DNA of 64,000 bases from a virus. The stretch is taken from the IMG/VR virus record IMGVR_UViG_3300042292_000979; one strand, given 5' to 3'. Positions within the stretch are counted from its first letter, which is position 1, and every line of letters begins with the position of its first letter. A program made the position numbers and the translations under genes. The notes beneath the pieces were generated by a model. It did no database searches and was not told the DNA's origin. It worked only from the letters and a program-made list of their open reading frames with translations. Below, piece by piece: positions 10,011 through 19,647 of this stretch.

Positions 10011-10526
10011 ATGAACCTTCAGTCTTTACAGAAAATGAACGAATTGTTAAAAGATTTTATAGGTCCTCAGATAGAGGAGATTATTTCAGCGTATACTACA
10101 GATAGCACCAATTCCCTATACTTCGTATCTATACCGGATGTAGATACGCTAGATTTAGGGATCCATGAAATGGCTTCATTGGTTGCGAGAACTTCAAATG
10201 TTTATGGAAGAGTTGCACGATTAGCTGGGATGGCTAGAGCTCAATATAAGTTGATAGAAGGAAGTTACAAGAAGGTTTATAAGGCAAATAGAGTTGGAAA
10301 GAATGAGGCTGAGCGTGAAGCAAACGCCCTGGAGGCTGCAGAAAGCGAATACACTGCTTTAATAACAGCAGAGGCCATCGTAAGCTTAGCTGAGTCCATG
10401 GAGCTTGCAGCTAGGATAGCATCCGAATCTTCTAGGAAATTAATTGACAAGATTCAATCTATGCAGGTAGCTTCTGTCAGAGAAGAAAAAGGATATTTTA
10501 ATGATAAAGATTTTAACACCTACTAA
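10011..10526 (+). CDS. Hypothetical helical protein
   Basis: Long open frame, Ala/Glu-rich helical composition. Confidence 0.5.
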   Translation: MNLQSLQKMNELLKDFIGPQIEEIISAYTTDSTNSLYFVSIPDVDTLDLGIHEMASLVARTSNVYGRVARLAGMARAQYKLIEGSYKKVYKANRVGKNEAEREANALEAAESEYTALITAEAIVSLAESMELAARIASESSRKLIDKIQSMQVASVREEKGYFNDKDFNTY

Positions 10527-10543
10527 AAGTTTAAGGAATCACT

Positions 10544-10759
10544 TTGTACATAGCTCATTATAAATCGGTTAATTCAGCCACTGAATTTTATTCAAAAGTT
10601 AGAGACACCTTAGATTACCCGACTCAAATTGAGCACGAAAAAGAAAGATATACACTTAATTCCACTTACATAATAAATGGTCAAACTCAATTGAAAAACT
10701 TTAAGGATAGAATAAAGAGTTTGGGTATTGAAATAGATGTAAACGTAGATGATAAGTAA
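10544..10759 (+). CDS. Hypothetical protein
   Basis: Open frame in operon context. Confidence 0.4.
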   Translation: MYIAHYKSVNSATEFYSKVRDTLDYPTQIEHEKERYTLNSTYIINGQTQLKNFKDRIKSLGIEIDVNVDDK

Positions 10760-10770
10760 GCTGATCTACC

Positions 10771-11211
10771 GTGATAATAGAAGTATTTTGCGATGGTGCA
10801 TCAAGGGGTCAAGGTCAAAAAAAAATTGGAGAAGCAGCCTGCGCGGTATCTGTCTATAGGAATAGAAAAAAAATAGCACAGTTTGCTAGGGGGTTAGGTC
10901 CAAGAACTAATAATGAGGCAGAGTACGAGGCTGTAATATCCGGACTGCTTATATGTTCAATGGGTGAATTCTATGATCCAATTATATATACCGATTCAGC
11001 TGTCGTAGCTAATCACATTAGCGGTAAATGGAAATGCAAACACGACTCTCTAACACCTTTACTTATGACTATAGAAGATATAAGAGATGAATTTAATTTT
11101 AAAGTAGTTCAGGTTGAGAGAAGTTTTGTCTGGGAACCCGATGCGCTGTGTAACGAATTTTTGGATAAGTTAGAGGAAAGAAAAGCTAAATCAAAAAAAC
11201 CTGTGATATAA
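10771..11211 (+). CDS. RNase H family protein
   Basis: VFCDGASRGQGQKKIGEAACAV ... NNEAEYEAVISGL ... DSAVVANHISGKW. Confidence 0.85.
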   Translation: MIIEVFCDGASRGQGQKKIGEAACAVSVYRNRKKIAQFARGLGPRTNNEAEYEAVISGLLICSMGEFYDPIIYTDSAVVANHISGKWKCKHDSLTPLLMTIEDIRDEFNFKVVQVERSFVWEPDALCNEFLDKLEERKAKSKKPVI

Positions 11212-11218
11212 TTACACA

Positions 11219-12013
11219 ATGCAGAAAAAATATTCAAAAAGTAATCCGATAATTTTAGGCTTAGCAGGACGCGCTGGTAGCGGTAAAACATCTGCAGCCG
11301 AAGCACTGTGCCCAAAGGGGTCAATGCAAACGACTTCTTCTGGAATTATATGGGAACACATATTTCATGCTCTTCCTCTTTATGAACTAGCTTCCATAAA
11401 GAAGAATATACAAGGCTTCAATGCTAGGTCTAGAAAATTGTATTCTATTCACGAAGTACTGTTCGAGATATACGGAAAAACAGCACTGGGTACAATACCT
11501 CCTTATGAGGAATTTGTAGAAAAAGTAAAAAATATTTATGATCTTCCAATAGAAGAAGAGGGTATTAAACCAAGAACTTTTTTGCAGACCGCAGGAGATA
11601 TCTGCAGAGAAAATTATTCAGAATGCTTCTGTCACTGGGCAGTTATGAAGAGTATGGAATTGTATAGAAAAAATATTAATGAAATAAGAAAAGAAGATGG
11701 TGATGAAGATACACCTATTTGTGTTATCATTTCTGATGTACGCTTTATTAATGAGGCTCAATCAATCTTAAAGCAACCTAACGGTATGGTTATTACATAT
11801 GAAGCTTCTGATGATATCCTAAGAGATAGAATCTTTAAGAGAGATGGTATATTCATGACTAATGAACAACTGAATCATAATTCTGAAAAAGAAATTGATT
11901 TAGTAAAAGAAGTATCTACGTTCATTATAAATACTGATAATCTATCGATAGAAGATCAAGCAAAAGTTACACTGCAATTAGTCAAAAATAAAATAGAAAC
12001 ACTAGGAGAGTAA
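11219..12013 (+). CDS. Deoxynucleoside monophosphate kinase-like P-loop kinase
   Basis: Walker A GLAGRAGSGKTSAAEAL, TAGDICREN, VIISDVRFINEA. Confidence 0.75.
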   Translation: MQKKYSKSNPIILGLAGRAGSGKTSAAEALCPKGSMQTTSSGIIWEHIFHALPLYELASIKKNIQGFNARSRKLYSIHEVLFEIYGKTALGTIPPYEEFVEKVKNIYDLPIEEEGIKPRTFLQTAGDICRENYSECFCHWAVMKSMELYRKNINEIRKEDGDEDTPICVIISDVRFINEAQSILKQPNGMVITYEASDDILRDRIFKRDGIFMTNEQLNHNSEKEIDLVKEVSTFIINTDNLSIEDQAKVTLQLVKNKIETLGE

Positions 12014-12330
12014 TGCCAAAAATAAATGAAAGTATTGTTGAACAATCTGTAAACCCAGTTATGGATGCAGTTATTTCTACCCATCAAAGGGTGGTTGTCA
12101 CTACAGAACCAGTGCTGACAGTTGCCGTTGGTAGAAAAGTAAATATTGGTAACTTTGAAAACGTGGATATAATGGCATGTCTGACAGTGCCAATGAATGG
12201 GGTTGACCCTTCTAATAGTGAGGACTTTTCTAATGCCATTAAAGAAGCAGCAGCAGAAGCTTTTTCTCTAGTTTCCAGGGAAACGGGAGAGAGATATCAG
12301 CTGATTAAGGAGTCTCAACAGACGAGATAA
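12013..12330 (+). CDS. Hypothetical protein
   Basis: Open frame, overlaps the previous stop. Confidence 0.45.
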   Translation: MPKINESIVEQSVNPVMDAVISTHQRVVVTTEPVLTVAVGRKVNIGNFENVDIMACLTVPMNGVDPSNSEDFSNAIKEAAAEAFSLVSRETGERYQLIKESQQTR

Positions 12331-12395
12331 TTTGCATTTATGATACAGGTACTGTACTATATTAAAACAAACTAATTAAACTAATGAGGTAAAAA

Positions 12396-12629
12396 ATGAG
12401 CAAGTTAATTGATAAAATTAAAGGTATCCTTTCTGGTAGTTCGGAAGTTGCTGCCGCTAAGGACGCTGTCGTTAAGGCAGCAAAGGTTGTAGCCGAGGAA
12501 GTCGTAGCAGAAGTGCAAAAGGCCCCTGCTAAGAAGGCTCCTGTAAAGAAAGCGCCTGCCAAAAAGGTTGGACCACGTCCAGAAGATGCTGCAAGAGCTA
12601 GTGAAACAAAAGTAAAGAAGACCAAGTAA
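12396..12629 (+). CDS. Small Lys/Ala-rich basic protein
   Basis: VQKAPAKKAPVKKAPAKKVGPRPEDAARASETKVKKTK. Confidence 0.6.
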   Translation: MSKLIDKIKGILSGSSEVAAAKDAVVKAAKVVAEEVVAEVQKAPAKKAPVKKAPAKKVGPRPEDAARASETKVKKTK

Positions 12630-12638
12630 TTAGATTAA

Positions 12639-12665
12639 GACCCCCAGCTTGCTGGGGGTCTTTTT
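12639..12665 (+). terminator. Rho-independent terminator
   Basis: GACCCCCAGC-TT-GCTGGGGGTC followed by TTTTT. Confidence 0.9.
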
Positions 12666-12833
12666 CAATATATCAGGAGGGTTATGTCTTTAGCAAAAGC
12701 TAGAAAAGTTTTTAAAAATGGTCAGACACCAAAGCCGCCAGAAGAGAAACAAAAATGATGACACTACTATGGAAAATCTGGTTAAAGGTTTATGACCTGC
12801 TAGAGGTTATTGATAAAAAAATAAAGTAAAAGC

Positions 12834-13544
12834 ATGACACCGGCTTCGTCAAGTAATATCATTATTCATGATAGTTTTTATTCTCAAGAAGATTTAAAAA
12901 AAATGTTATCTTTTTGTGAGACTCAAAATACATGGTCTAGTAGTACTTTTTATAGAAATGGAAAAGTAGAAAATTATTCAGATCAAAAAACTAATTTTTA
13001 TAACGCTAGTCCAGAAGTGTTAAATCTTTTTACCAATGCATTAGGCTTAGTTAAAAATCAAATAGAATGGTCATATGGATCTAGGGTAGTGCCAAAAAAA
13101 TCTGAAGCAATAAGGAAATGGTCCCCAGGTGAGTACCAAGAAGTTCATGCAGACAACGAACATGCAAATGGTAGGTTCTTAAGTCTTCAATATGTCACTG
13201 ATCAAAATCAAGAATTTGAAGAATTAGAAGACTCTCTTCCAAACGACTTTGTTGATTATTCTTCAGTGTTTTATATCAATGATAACTATACAGGCGGAGA
13301 ACTATTTTTCCCAGAATATGATATAACAATTAAACCAAAGGCTGGAAATTTTATAACCTGGCCCAGCAACGCGAAATACATGCATGGTGTAACTAACGTT
13401 GTGGATGGATATAGATACACCATTCCAAGTATGTGGTACAGTGAAAAGGCCGTATTACTTAATTCAATTAAAAGCTTTAAATACGCTAGAAATATTGCTG
13501 AAGAAAACTATAGTAATAAATTCGTAAAAACATCTTTACTATAA
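12834..13544 (+). CDS. 2OG-Fe(II) oxygenase (prolyl hydroxylase-like)
   Basis: HADNEHANGRFLSLQYV ... VFYINDNYTGGELFFPEYDITIKPKAGNFITWPS ... HGVTNVVDGYRYTIP. Confidence 0.85.
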   Translation: MTPASSSNIIIHDSFYSQEDLKKMLSFCETQNTWSSSTFYRNGKVENYSDQKTNFYNASPEVLNLFTNALGLVKNQIEWSYGSRVVPKKSEAIRKWSPGEYQEVHADNEHANGRFLSLQYVTDQNQEFEELEDSLPNDFVDYSSVFYINDNYTGGELFFPEYDITIKPKAGNFITWPSNAKYMHGVTNVVDGYRYTIPSMWYSEKAVLLNSIKSFKYARNIAEENYSNKFVKTSLL

Positions 13545-13565
13545 TACCTGAATTAGGAGATAGTT

Positions 13566-13712
13566 ATGGCAATGAAAAGTTTCATATATGTTAGTGGTCC
13601 TAGAATGGGAACCAACAATAGAATGACTGGCATCGTAATGCCAGGAGAGAAACCAGTTAAGAAGACTTCTATTAAGAAAAAAAGTACAAGTAAAAAAAAG
13701 GGTAAGAAGTAA
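13566..13712 (+). CDS. Small Lys-rich protein
   Basis: ORF MAMKSFIYVSGPRMGTNNRMTGIVMPGEKPVKKTSIKKKSTSKKKGKK. Confidence 0.5.
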   Translation: MAMKSFIYVSGPRMGTNNRMTGIVMPGEKPVKKTSIKKKSTSKKKGKK

Positions 13713-13975
13713 TGGCTAAGTCAGCAGCATGGCAAAGAAAAGCAGGCAAGAATCCTGAAGGTGGTTTAAACGCCAAAGGACGTGCATCATATAAAGCTCA
13801 AACAGGTGGCACACTTAAGCCACCAGTTTCCGCTAAGCAAGCTAAGAAGTCACCCAAGTCTGCCGCACGACGTAAGTCATTTTGCGCACGAATGGGCGGC
13901 ATGCCAGGTCCAATGAAAAAGCCTAATGGTAAACCAACACGCAAAGCACTTGCATTACGCAAGTGGGACTGCTAA
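13712..13975 (+). CDS. Small basic phage protein of the KNPKGGLNAKGR...SFCARM type
   Basis: KNPEGGLNAKGRASYKAQTGGTLKPPVSAKQAKKSPKSAARRKSFCARMGG...KPTRKALALRKWDC. Confidence 0.7.
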   Translation: MAKSAAWQRKAGKNPEGGLNAKGRASYKAQTGGTLKPPVSAKQAKKSPKSAARRKSFCARMGGMPGPMKKPNGKPTRKALALRKWDC

Positions 13976-14033
13976 TATCTTTATATTATCAAAAGGGTAA
14001 TATATTTTATAAAAAAACAAATAGGAGAAAACA

Positions 14034-14162
14034 ATGGCAATGAAAAAGAAAGCACCAGCAGCAGCAAAGAAGGCTCCAGCAGCAAAAGGTGGCATGACTG
14101 CCGCTCAAAAGAAGCTTCCACCATTTATCCAGGCAGCTATAGCTAAAAAGAAGAAGAAGTAA
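14034..14162 (+). CDS. Small Lys/Ala-rich protein
   Basis: MAMKKKAPAAAKKAPAAKGGMTAAQKKLPPFIQAAIAKKKKKK, preceded by AGGAG. Confidence 0.5.
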   Translation: MAMKKKAPAAAKKAPAAKGGMTAAQKKLPPFIQAAIAKKKKK

Positions 14163-14166
14163 TATA

Positions 14167-14310
14167 ATGGCTATGAAAAAGAAGAAGAAGTCGGGCGCAA
14201 TGCAGACCGCATCCTTAGCCGGTAAGCCAATGATGCAGACTATTTTTCCATTGAAGAAAACAATGCCAAAAGGCAAGGAAGCTTCTTCGAAGTCAAGAAA
14301 TAAAAAGTAG
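14167..14310 (+). CDS. Small Lys-rich protein
   Basis: MAMKKKKKSGAMQTASLAGKPMMQTIFPLKKTMPKGKEASSKSRNKK. Confidence 0.45.
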   Translation: MAMKKKKKSGAMQTASLAGKPMMQTIFPLKKTMPKGKEASSKSRNKK

Positions 14311-14397
14311 TCTTTAAAAAATTCCCATCTATTTTTTAGGTGGGGATTTTTTTTATACATGTTACTATATATTTTACCTACTCTATAGGAGATAATC

Positions 14398-15152
14398 ATG
14401 AGCAAAGTTGCATGGGACTATATTGTTCCCGTTAAGTTACCCGCAGATCTAAAGGGAGTAACACCAGGAAAGTTACCTGCTAATCTCTTAGTGCCAATAC
14501 CAGGTGGGGGAAAGCTACACAGACTTGCCGCCAATGCGTGGCTAGCTATGGTAGCGAAAGCTAAAGCTGAAGGCGTTGAACTAAAGCCGACTTCTTCACG
14601 GAGATACCTATAGAACTCTGGAGCAGCAACTTGCTGGTTTTATGCAACGCTATCAGTTGGCAGAAATCGCCGGCTCAAGCACAAGAACTTATGAAGGTAA
14701 AAAATGGTATCTAAAGAAGGGCAACGCTCCTTTGGCTGCTCCGGGCTCCAGTCAACATAACTTACGGAATTGCAGTTGATGTCAGTGATGCTGGTAATCC
14801 TAAGCGTCTTAATTGGTTGATAGCTAATGTTAAAGATTTTGGTTTTTCCTGGGAAGTAGTTCCAGAAGAGCCATGGCATTTACGTTATGTATCAGGTGAT
14901 AATGTTCCAGCTGCAGTTGCAGCTTTTACGGGCGGCGCTGCACCAGTTGTCAACTTAAACACAACACCTCCTATCCACGACCACAAAGCCCTACAAGAGG
15001 CTCTGAAGGCCAAGGGATTCTATAAGGGTGAAATCAACGGTGTAAAAGATGCTGCGACAGATGCGGCAGTGAAGGCATTCAAAGTAGCTAATAAGCTAGC
15101 AGCTGACTCGGTTGTAGGTCCAAAAGTTAAAGAAATTCTTGGCCTTAAGTGA
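14398..15152 (+). CDS. M15-family peptidoglycan peptidase (endolysin) with C-terminal PG-binding domain, requiring two +1 shifts at CGG 14599 and 14765
   Basis: Spliced reading: ...LKPTSS-G-DTYRTLEQQLAGFMQRY...APGSSQHNL-G-IAVDVSD...PEEPWHLRYV...HKALQEALKAKGFYKGEINGVKDAATDAAVKAFKVANKL. Confidence 0.9.
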
Positions 15153-15520
15153 TTTTTGCATCTGAAACTCTCATCACACCAGCAGCTGATATGACTAACT
15201 GGCAAAATATTATTGTAGCTTTAATTACAGCATGTAGTCTTATCGCAGTAGCATATTTACAATTTGTATATAAGGCTGGGAAAAAGCGCGGCGAAGAAGC
15301 CAAGGCTGAATGGGTACAGAACAAAGCAGACCATGCAACTGTTGTATCAATGATCCAACAGTTAGGAAAAAGTCTTGGCCGCTCAATTGACAAAACAAAT
15401 GATTCTGTTGACAGAATAGAGGGTAAGCTTGATACTCACATCAGAGATCATGCAGTAGGTAAGTTTGATATAGATGATGTAAGGTTTAAAACAGGAGAAA
15501 AAGCTAAAGATGGCAAGTAA
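15149..15520 (+). CDS. Small membrane protein, holin candidate
   Basis: One hydrophobic segment (IIVALITACSLIAVAYLQFV) and charged C-terminus, directly after the endolysin. Confidence 0.5.
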   Translation: MIFASETLITPAADMTNWQNIIVALITACSLIAVAYLQFVYKAGKKRGEEAKAEWVQNKADHATVVSMIQQLGKSLGRSIDKTNDSVDRIEGKLDTHIRDHAVGKFDIDDVRFKTGEKAKDGK

Positions 15521-15713
15521 GAAATCAGATAAAAAGTGGATTCAAGGTGCGATTAAAAGACCGGGAGCTTTCACAGCTAAGGCTAAGAAGGCCGGCAAAT
15601 CTGTAGCAGGTATGGCAGCTGCTGTATCGAAGAACCCAGGTAAGTACAGCCCACTTACTCGTAAGCAGGCTTCACTTGCTAAGACACTCAGAAAAATAAG
15701 CAAGAAGAAATAG
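15510..15713 (+). CDS. Small Lys-rich protein
   Basis: MASKKSDKKWIQGAIKRPGAFTAKAKKAGKSVAG... Confidence 0.55.
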   Translation: MASKKSDKKWIQGAIKRPGAFTAKAKKAGKSVAGMAAAVSKNPGKYSPLTRKQASLAKTLRKISKKK

Positions 15714-15720
15714 GTTCAAT

Positions 15721-15888
15721 ATGATTAACAAATACTGTTGTGAAGACTGCCATGATTTGGACGGCGCATGCACATATTGTTTAGGTGTAAATAAGAAAAA
15801 TTCTTTTAACAAAGATATTGCTATTCACCTTGGATATGTTTCCCTTCATTTGATTCAAATGATTTTAATTATAGGATTGGTAAAATAA
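15721..15888 (+). CDS. Small Cys-containing protein with hydrophobic tail
   Basis: MINKYCCEDCHDLDGACTYCLGVNKKNSF...SLHLIQMILIIGLVK. Confidence 0.45.
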   Translation: MINKYCCEDCHDLDGACTYCLGVNKKNSFNKDIAIHLGYVSLHLIQMILIIGLVK

Positions 15889-16067
15889 TGGCAAAACAAA
15901 ATAAACCAACAAAGCCAGCGCTCTGGTCTTCCGCTAAGTCTCAGGCTAAATCCAAGTTTGACGTTTATCCTTCTGCGTACGCAAATGCTTGGGCTGCTAA
16001 AAAATATAAAGCTATGGGTGGTACATGGAAGACTGTTTCAACCACAAAAGCTAAGAAAAAGAAATAA
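15888..16067 (+). CDS. Small Lys-rich protein
   Basis: MAKQNKPTKPALWSSAKSQAKSKFDVYPSAYANAWAAKKYKAMGGTWKTVSTTKAKKKK. Confidence 0.6.
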   Translation: MAKQNKPTKPALWSSAKSQAKSKFDVYPSAYANAWAAKKYKAMGGTWKTVSTTKAKKKK

Positions 16068-16072
16068 ATTTT

Positions 16073-16186
16073 ATGGCATGCTGGAAGGGATATTCCGCTA
16101 AAGGAATGAAACTAAAAGGTGGAAAGCTAGTTCCCAACTGTACGCCAGTTAAAAAAAATAAAAAAACAAAGTCAGCGAAGAAGTAA
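16073..16186 (+). CDS. Small Lys-rich protein
   Basis: MACWKGYSAKGMKLKGGKLVPNCTPVKKNKKTKSAKK. Confidence 0.55.
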   Translation: MACWKGYSAKGMKLKGGKLVPNCTPVKKNKKTKSAKK

Positions 16187-16461
16187 TGCCAGGTCCTAAG
16201 GGTGTTGGGCTAACCAAATGGTTTGACCAAAAGTGGGTTAATATTGGTGCTCCCAAAAAGAAGGGCAAGTATCAACCTTGTGGTACATCTGGAGCTGGTG
16301 GTTCAGGTTATGCAAAATGCGTACCAGTCGCTAAGGCAAGAGCTATGTCTAGTGCTCAGAAAAAAAGTGCAGTTCAGAGAAAAAGAACATCTGGAACTCC
16401 AGAAAAAGGAATCAAGGGCCAAGCTCCTAAGAATGTTAGTACTTTTAAAAAGAAAAAATAA
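16186..16461 (+). CDS. Small Lys-rich protein
   Basis: MPGPKGVGLTKWFDQKWVNIGAPKKKGKYQPCGTSGAGG... Confidence 0.55.
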   Translation: MPGPKGVGLTKWFDQKWVNIGAPKKKGKYQPCGTSGAGGSGYAKCVPVAKARAMSSAQKKSAVQRKRTSGTPEKGIKGQAPKNVSTFKKKK

Positions 16462-16487
16462 TATCTCAATATGCTATAATCTATAGC

Positions 16488-16703
16488 ATGAGTGAAAACC
16501 AAAGCTACAGCGGCTATATGCCTATGGTAAAACAGGTTAATGTTTCTCAGGTTATGGAAATGATTAACACTGAAGGTGAATTAATCCACGCCCATTCTTT
16601 TACCGTAAATACTAGAGAGAATAAAGATTTTGTTTTTAGTATTTCTCAAAAAGATTTAGTAAGACTTTACTTTCTTTTACACAAGGTGCTGGGTGATGCT
16701 TAG
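16488..16703 (+). CDS. Hypothetical protein
   Basis: Open frame with overlap to next gene. Confidence 0.4.
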   Translation: MSENQSYSGYMPMVKQVNVSQVMEMINTEGELIHAHSFTVNTRENKDFVFSISQKDLVRLYFLLHKVLGDA

Positions 16704-17484
16704 AGATAAAGGAATATTTCTGCACGGTGGTGTTGGAATTGGATTTGTTCCCAAGACTCCAGCTACTCCTTTCGCTTCTTCGATTAAAGAGCAGTCTTCA
16801 AAAGAATCTTCAAGAACTTTATTACACTACGCACATCAACTAGGTTATCCTGTTGCTTATGCTCAAGAACAAAACGGGCAGCTCATTCAAAACATTCTTC
16901 CTGTTCACAAAACAGAAGCACAGCAAATATCTACTTCCTCTAAGGTAGAATTGGCACTGCATACAGAGAGCGCATTTCATCCCTATAAACCAGATTATAT
17001 ATTACTTCTCTGTCTAAGGGGTGATGATAAGGCTGCAACTACTTACGCCAGTGTTAACGAAATTATCGAATCACTTTCTAATGAAGTTGTGAAATCATTA
17101 AAGCAACCTTGGTATAGAACTGCAGTTGATGATAGTTTTAGGACTCAAGGTGAGCCACAAAAAGAATTTATCATACCGATCCTTTCTGAAGTCGACGAGA
17201 AGATGACGATCACATATGACAACTTTTTCATGCGCGGGATAAATGAGTACGCTAATATGGCCTTAGCAGAACTGAATTATGCTATTAAAAAATGTACTAG
17301 AGAAATTGTTTTAAAAACTGGAGATCTATTAGTCATAGATAACTCTACTGCTATTCATGGTCGCAAACCATTTCAAGCAAGGTATGATGGCACCGACAGA
17401 TGGGTGCAAAGGATGTTAGTAAGGAAAGAATTACCACCTGAAAATCACATAGAAGGTAATGTAATCACCACTAAATTTGGTTGA
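16693..17484 (+). CDS. TauD/TfdA or clavaminate-synthase-like 2OG-Fe(II) dioxygenase
   Basis: LKTGDLLVIDNSTAIHGRKPFQARYDGTDRWVQRMLVRKELPP. Confidence 0.75.
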   Translation: MMLRDKGIFLHGGVGIGFVPKTPATPFASSIKEQSSKESSRTLLHYAHQLGYPVAYAQEQNGQLIQNILPVHKTEAQQISTSSKVELALHTESAFHPYKPDYILLLCLRGDDKAATTYASVNEIIESLSNEVVKSLKQPWYRTAVDDSFRTQGEPQKEFIIPILSEVDEKMTITYDNFFMRGINEYANMALAELNYAIKKCTREIVLKTGDLLVIDNSTAIHGRKPFQARYDGTDRWVQRMLVRKELPPENHIEGNVITTKFG

Positions 17485-17503
17485 TGTGTGCTATACTTTT
17501 TGA

Positions 17504-18250
17504 ATGCAAATCGACACTCAAACAAAAGACATAGCAGAATTTTTAAAGGTATCAGAAGACTACACTAGACAGAGATTGGAGAAAGGATTTCACTTCAATC
17601 ATCATGAAGTAGCAAAAGATTTTAATGACGCAAATACAGATGTCAATAACCCTGATTCTTTATTATCTTGGTATAGGAACACAGACTCTTATATTTGGGA
17701 GCTCTCGGCCTACCATCTTGATCCTGGGTTTAATTATTCTGGCATGTGTGAAGGTATATCTTTGGGCCTTGTGAATTCCGGCAAGAAAGATGTTCTTAGT
17801 CTTGGGGATGGAATTGGTAGCCTTTGTATTAGGATGGCGGAAGAGGGTTTGAACCCAACGTATCATGATTTGAAAAATAGCAAGACTGCAGGTTTTGCAC
17901 AGTTCAGATTTAAAAGGGGTGAAACGTATAGGAATTATAATATAGAAACTCTTTTTACAGATAACTTTGAACCCAAACTAGGTAGCGATTGCTTCGATGC
18001 TGTTGTTGCTCTAGACTTTCTAGAGCATGTTGTTAACGTTGAGGATTGGGCACGTGCAGTCTTCGCCTGCTTAAGAAATACTGGTGTCTTCATACCGAAT
18101 AACGCATTTGGCATTGGCGATCTAGAGCATGGAAATTCCATCCCTATGCATCTTGCAATCAATAATCGATTTGAATGGGATTGGGATCCGTTGCTAATCG
18201 AGATAGGATTTGTCAGACATGAAAATAATTCATGGTGGATTAAGCCATGA
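17504..18250 (+). CDS. Class I SAM methyltransferase
   Basis: DVLSLGDGIGSLCIRMAEEG ... CFDAVVALDFLEHVVNVEDW. Confidence 0.75.
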   Translation: MQIDTQTKDIAEFLKVSEDYTRQRLEKGFHFNHHEVAKDFNDANTDVNNPDSLLSWYRNTDSYIWELSAYHLDPGFNYSGMCEGISLGLVNSGKKDVLSLGDGIGSLCIRMAEEGLNPTYHDLKNSKTAGFAQFRFKRGETYRNYNIETLFTDNFEPKLGSDCFDAVVALDFLEHVVNVEDWARAVFACLRNTGVFIPNNAFGIGDLEHGNSIPMHLAINNRFEWDWDPLLIEIGFVRHENNSWWIKP

Positions 18251-19104
18251 GATTAGACATTGGAATATCTTGTTACAATAATCCAGATGGAATTAAAGCC
18301 GCTGTAGAAAACATTATACAAAACTCTACTTCAGATTGGAGACTACTGCTAGTAGATAATGCTTCAGAGGATCCAAGAGTAAAAGAACTACTGCAAAACT
18401 ACGCTGCAGTAAATCCTAGAATCATCCCAATGTATTTAGATGTAAATATAAAATACTCAGGAGCTGTTAATAAGATATTAGAATGGGCTGAAACAGAGTA
18501 TGTTGCATACTCAGACAATGATGCTACCGTACACACCAGAGGTTGGGATGAGATTATGTGGGGCTACCTTGCAAGAAATCTTGAACTTGGTATTGTTTTT
18601 AGTGGTGGATATAATTCGTATGAAATTAAGAGAGATAAATACACAGAATGTTTATGGGGAACTGGTTGTTTCTGGATGTTGAAAAAATTAGCCATGGCTG
18701 ATGTAGGCTACTTTGATCAAGAGATAGGTCATCAAAATGAAGTTGATTATCAAACTAGACTTCGTCTTGCTGGTTGGAAAATGGGCGTTGCCAAAGAAGT
18801 AGCTGTTCAACATCAAGCTAAGCAAACAACTGACCCTGAGGCACACGCTAGAATAGGACGAGGTGTTGTTGAGTGGATGAATAAGTGGGTTCCTTATTTC
18901 TGTGGTAAGGGTATGAATTATCACAGTACCAATGTTCTAAGATTTGAGGATTGGCCATGCAACGCTCTATATTTAGAAGAGTATTGGAAGATAAGAATGC
19001 CTGAACTTAACTCTAATCCAGAAGTAGTAGTCTTAGAGGGTAGAGAATATGACCTAATAAAGGTCCCAAGATATAAAGATTTTTATAAAGGAAGAATAAT
19101 CTAA
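18247..19104 (+). CDS. Family 2 glycosyltransferase
   Basis: LDIGISCYNNPDGIKAAVENI...WRLLLVDNASEDPRV...YVAYSDNDATV. Confidence 0.85.
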   Translation: MRLDIGISCYNNPDGIKAAVENIIQNSTSDWRLLLVDNASEDPRVKELLQNYAAVNPRIIPMYLDVNIKYSGAVNKILEWAETEYVAYSDNDATVHTRGWDEIMWGYLARNLELGIVFSGGYNSYEIKRDKYTECLWGTGCFWMLKKLAMADVGYFDQEIGHQNEVDYQTRLRLAGWKMGVAKEVAVQHQAKQTTDPEAHARIGRGVVEWMNKWVPYFCGKGMNYHSTNVLRFEDWPCNALYLEEYWKIRMPELNSNPEVVVLEGREYDLIKVPRYKDFYKGRII

Positions 19105-19647
19105 ATGAGACTAGAGACAATACCTAAGGGTACGGGCATAAAAGTTGTAATCGGTACTAGAACATACCTTGGTCCAGATTGGACGCACATTGACATAGAT
19201 CCAACACCGCTCTATGACCATGTTAATCAAAGATTAGTTCCAGTAGATGTAGTTTGTGATGCCCGTAAGATTGATCTTCCAGATAACTACGCAGACATCG
19301 TCTATAACTCTGAGTGCCTTGAGCACTTCCCCTGGAAGGAATACCAAGCTGTTCTAGCGGAATGGTGCAGAATAGTTAAGCCTGGTGGGATGATTAGAAT
19401 TGAAGTTCCAGACTTCCTATTGGCATGTAAACAAATACTTGCAATGGACTCCCTTGATGGCGATAGAAGAATGCAACAGATATTTTTTGCGGAACAACTA
19501 AATCCTTTTGATTTTCACTTCGTAGGTTTGACACACAGAATGCTTCAAGATGATTTTGAAAGAATGGGTTTTGAAATATTGGATGTAAAGCGTGGAGATG
19601 AATGGGGCTGGCTTAAGGTTGACGCTCTTAAGCCTATAAAAAATTGA
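19105..19647 (+). CDS. SAM-dependent methyltransferase-like protein
   Basis: DNYADIVYNSECLEHFPWKEYQAVLAEWCRIVKPGGMIRIEVPD. Confidence 0.75.
   Translation: MRLETIPKGTGIKVVIGTRTYLGPDWTHIDIDPTPLYDHVNQRLVPVDVVCDARKIDLPDNYADIVYNSECLEHFPWKEYQAVLAEWCRIVKPGGMIRIEVPDFLLACKQILAMDSLDGDRRMQQIFFAEQLNPFDFHFVGLTHRMLQDDFERMGFEILDVKRGDEWGWLKVDALKPIKN

Noticed and set aside
16223-16486. Alternative-frame Lys/Leu-rich ORF
   Set aside because: Overlaps the better-formed 16186..16461 small basic gene.
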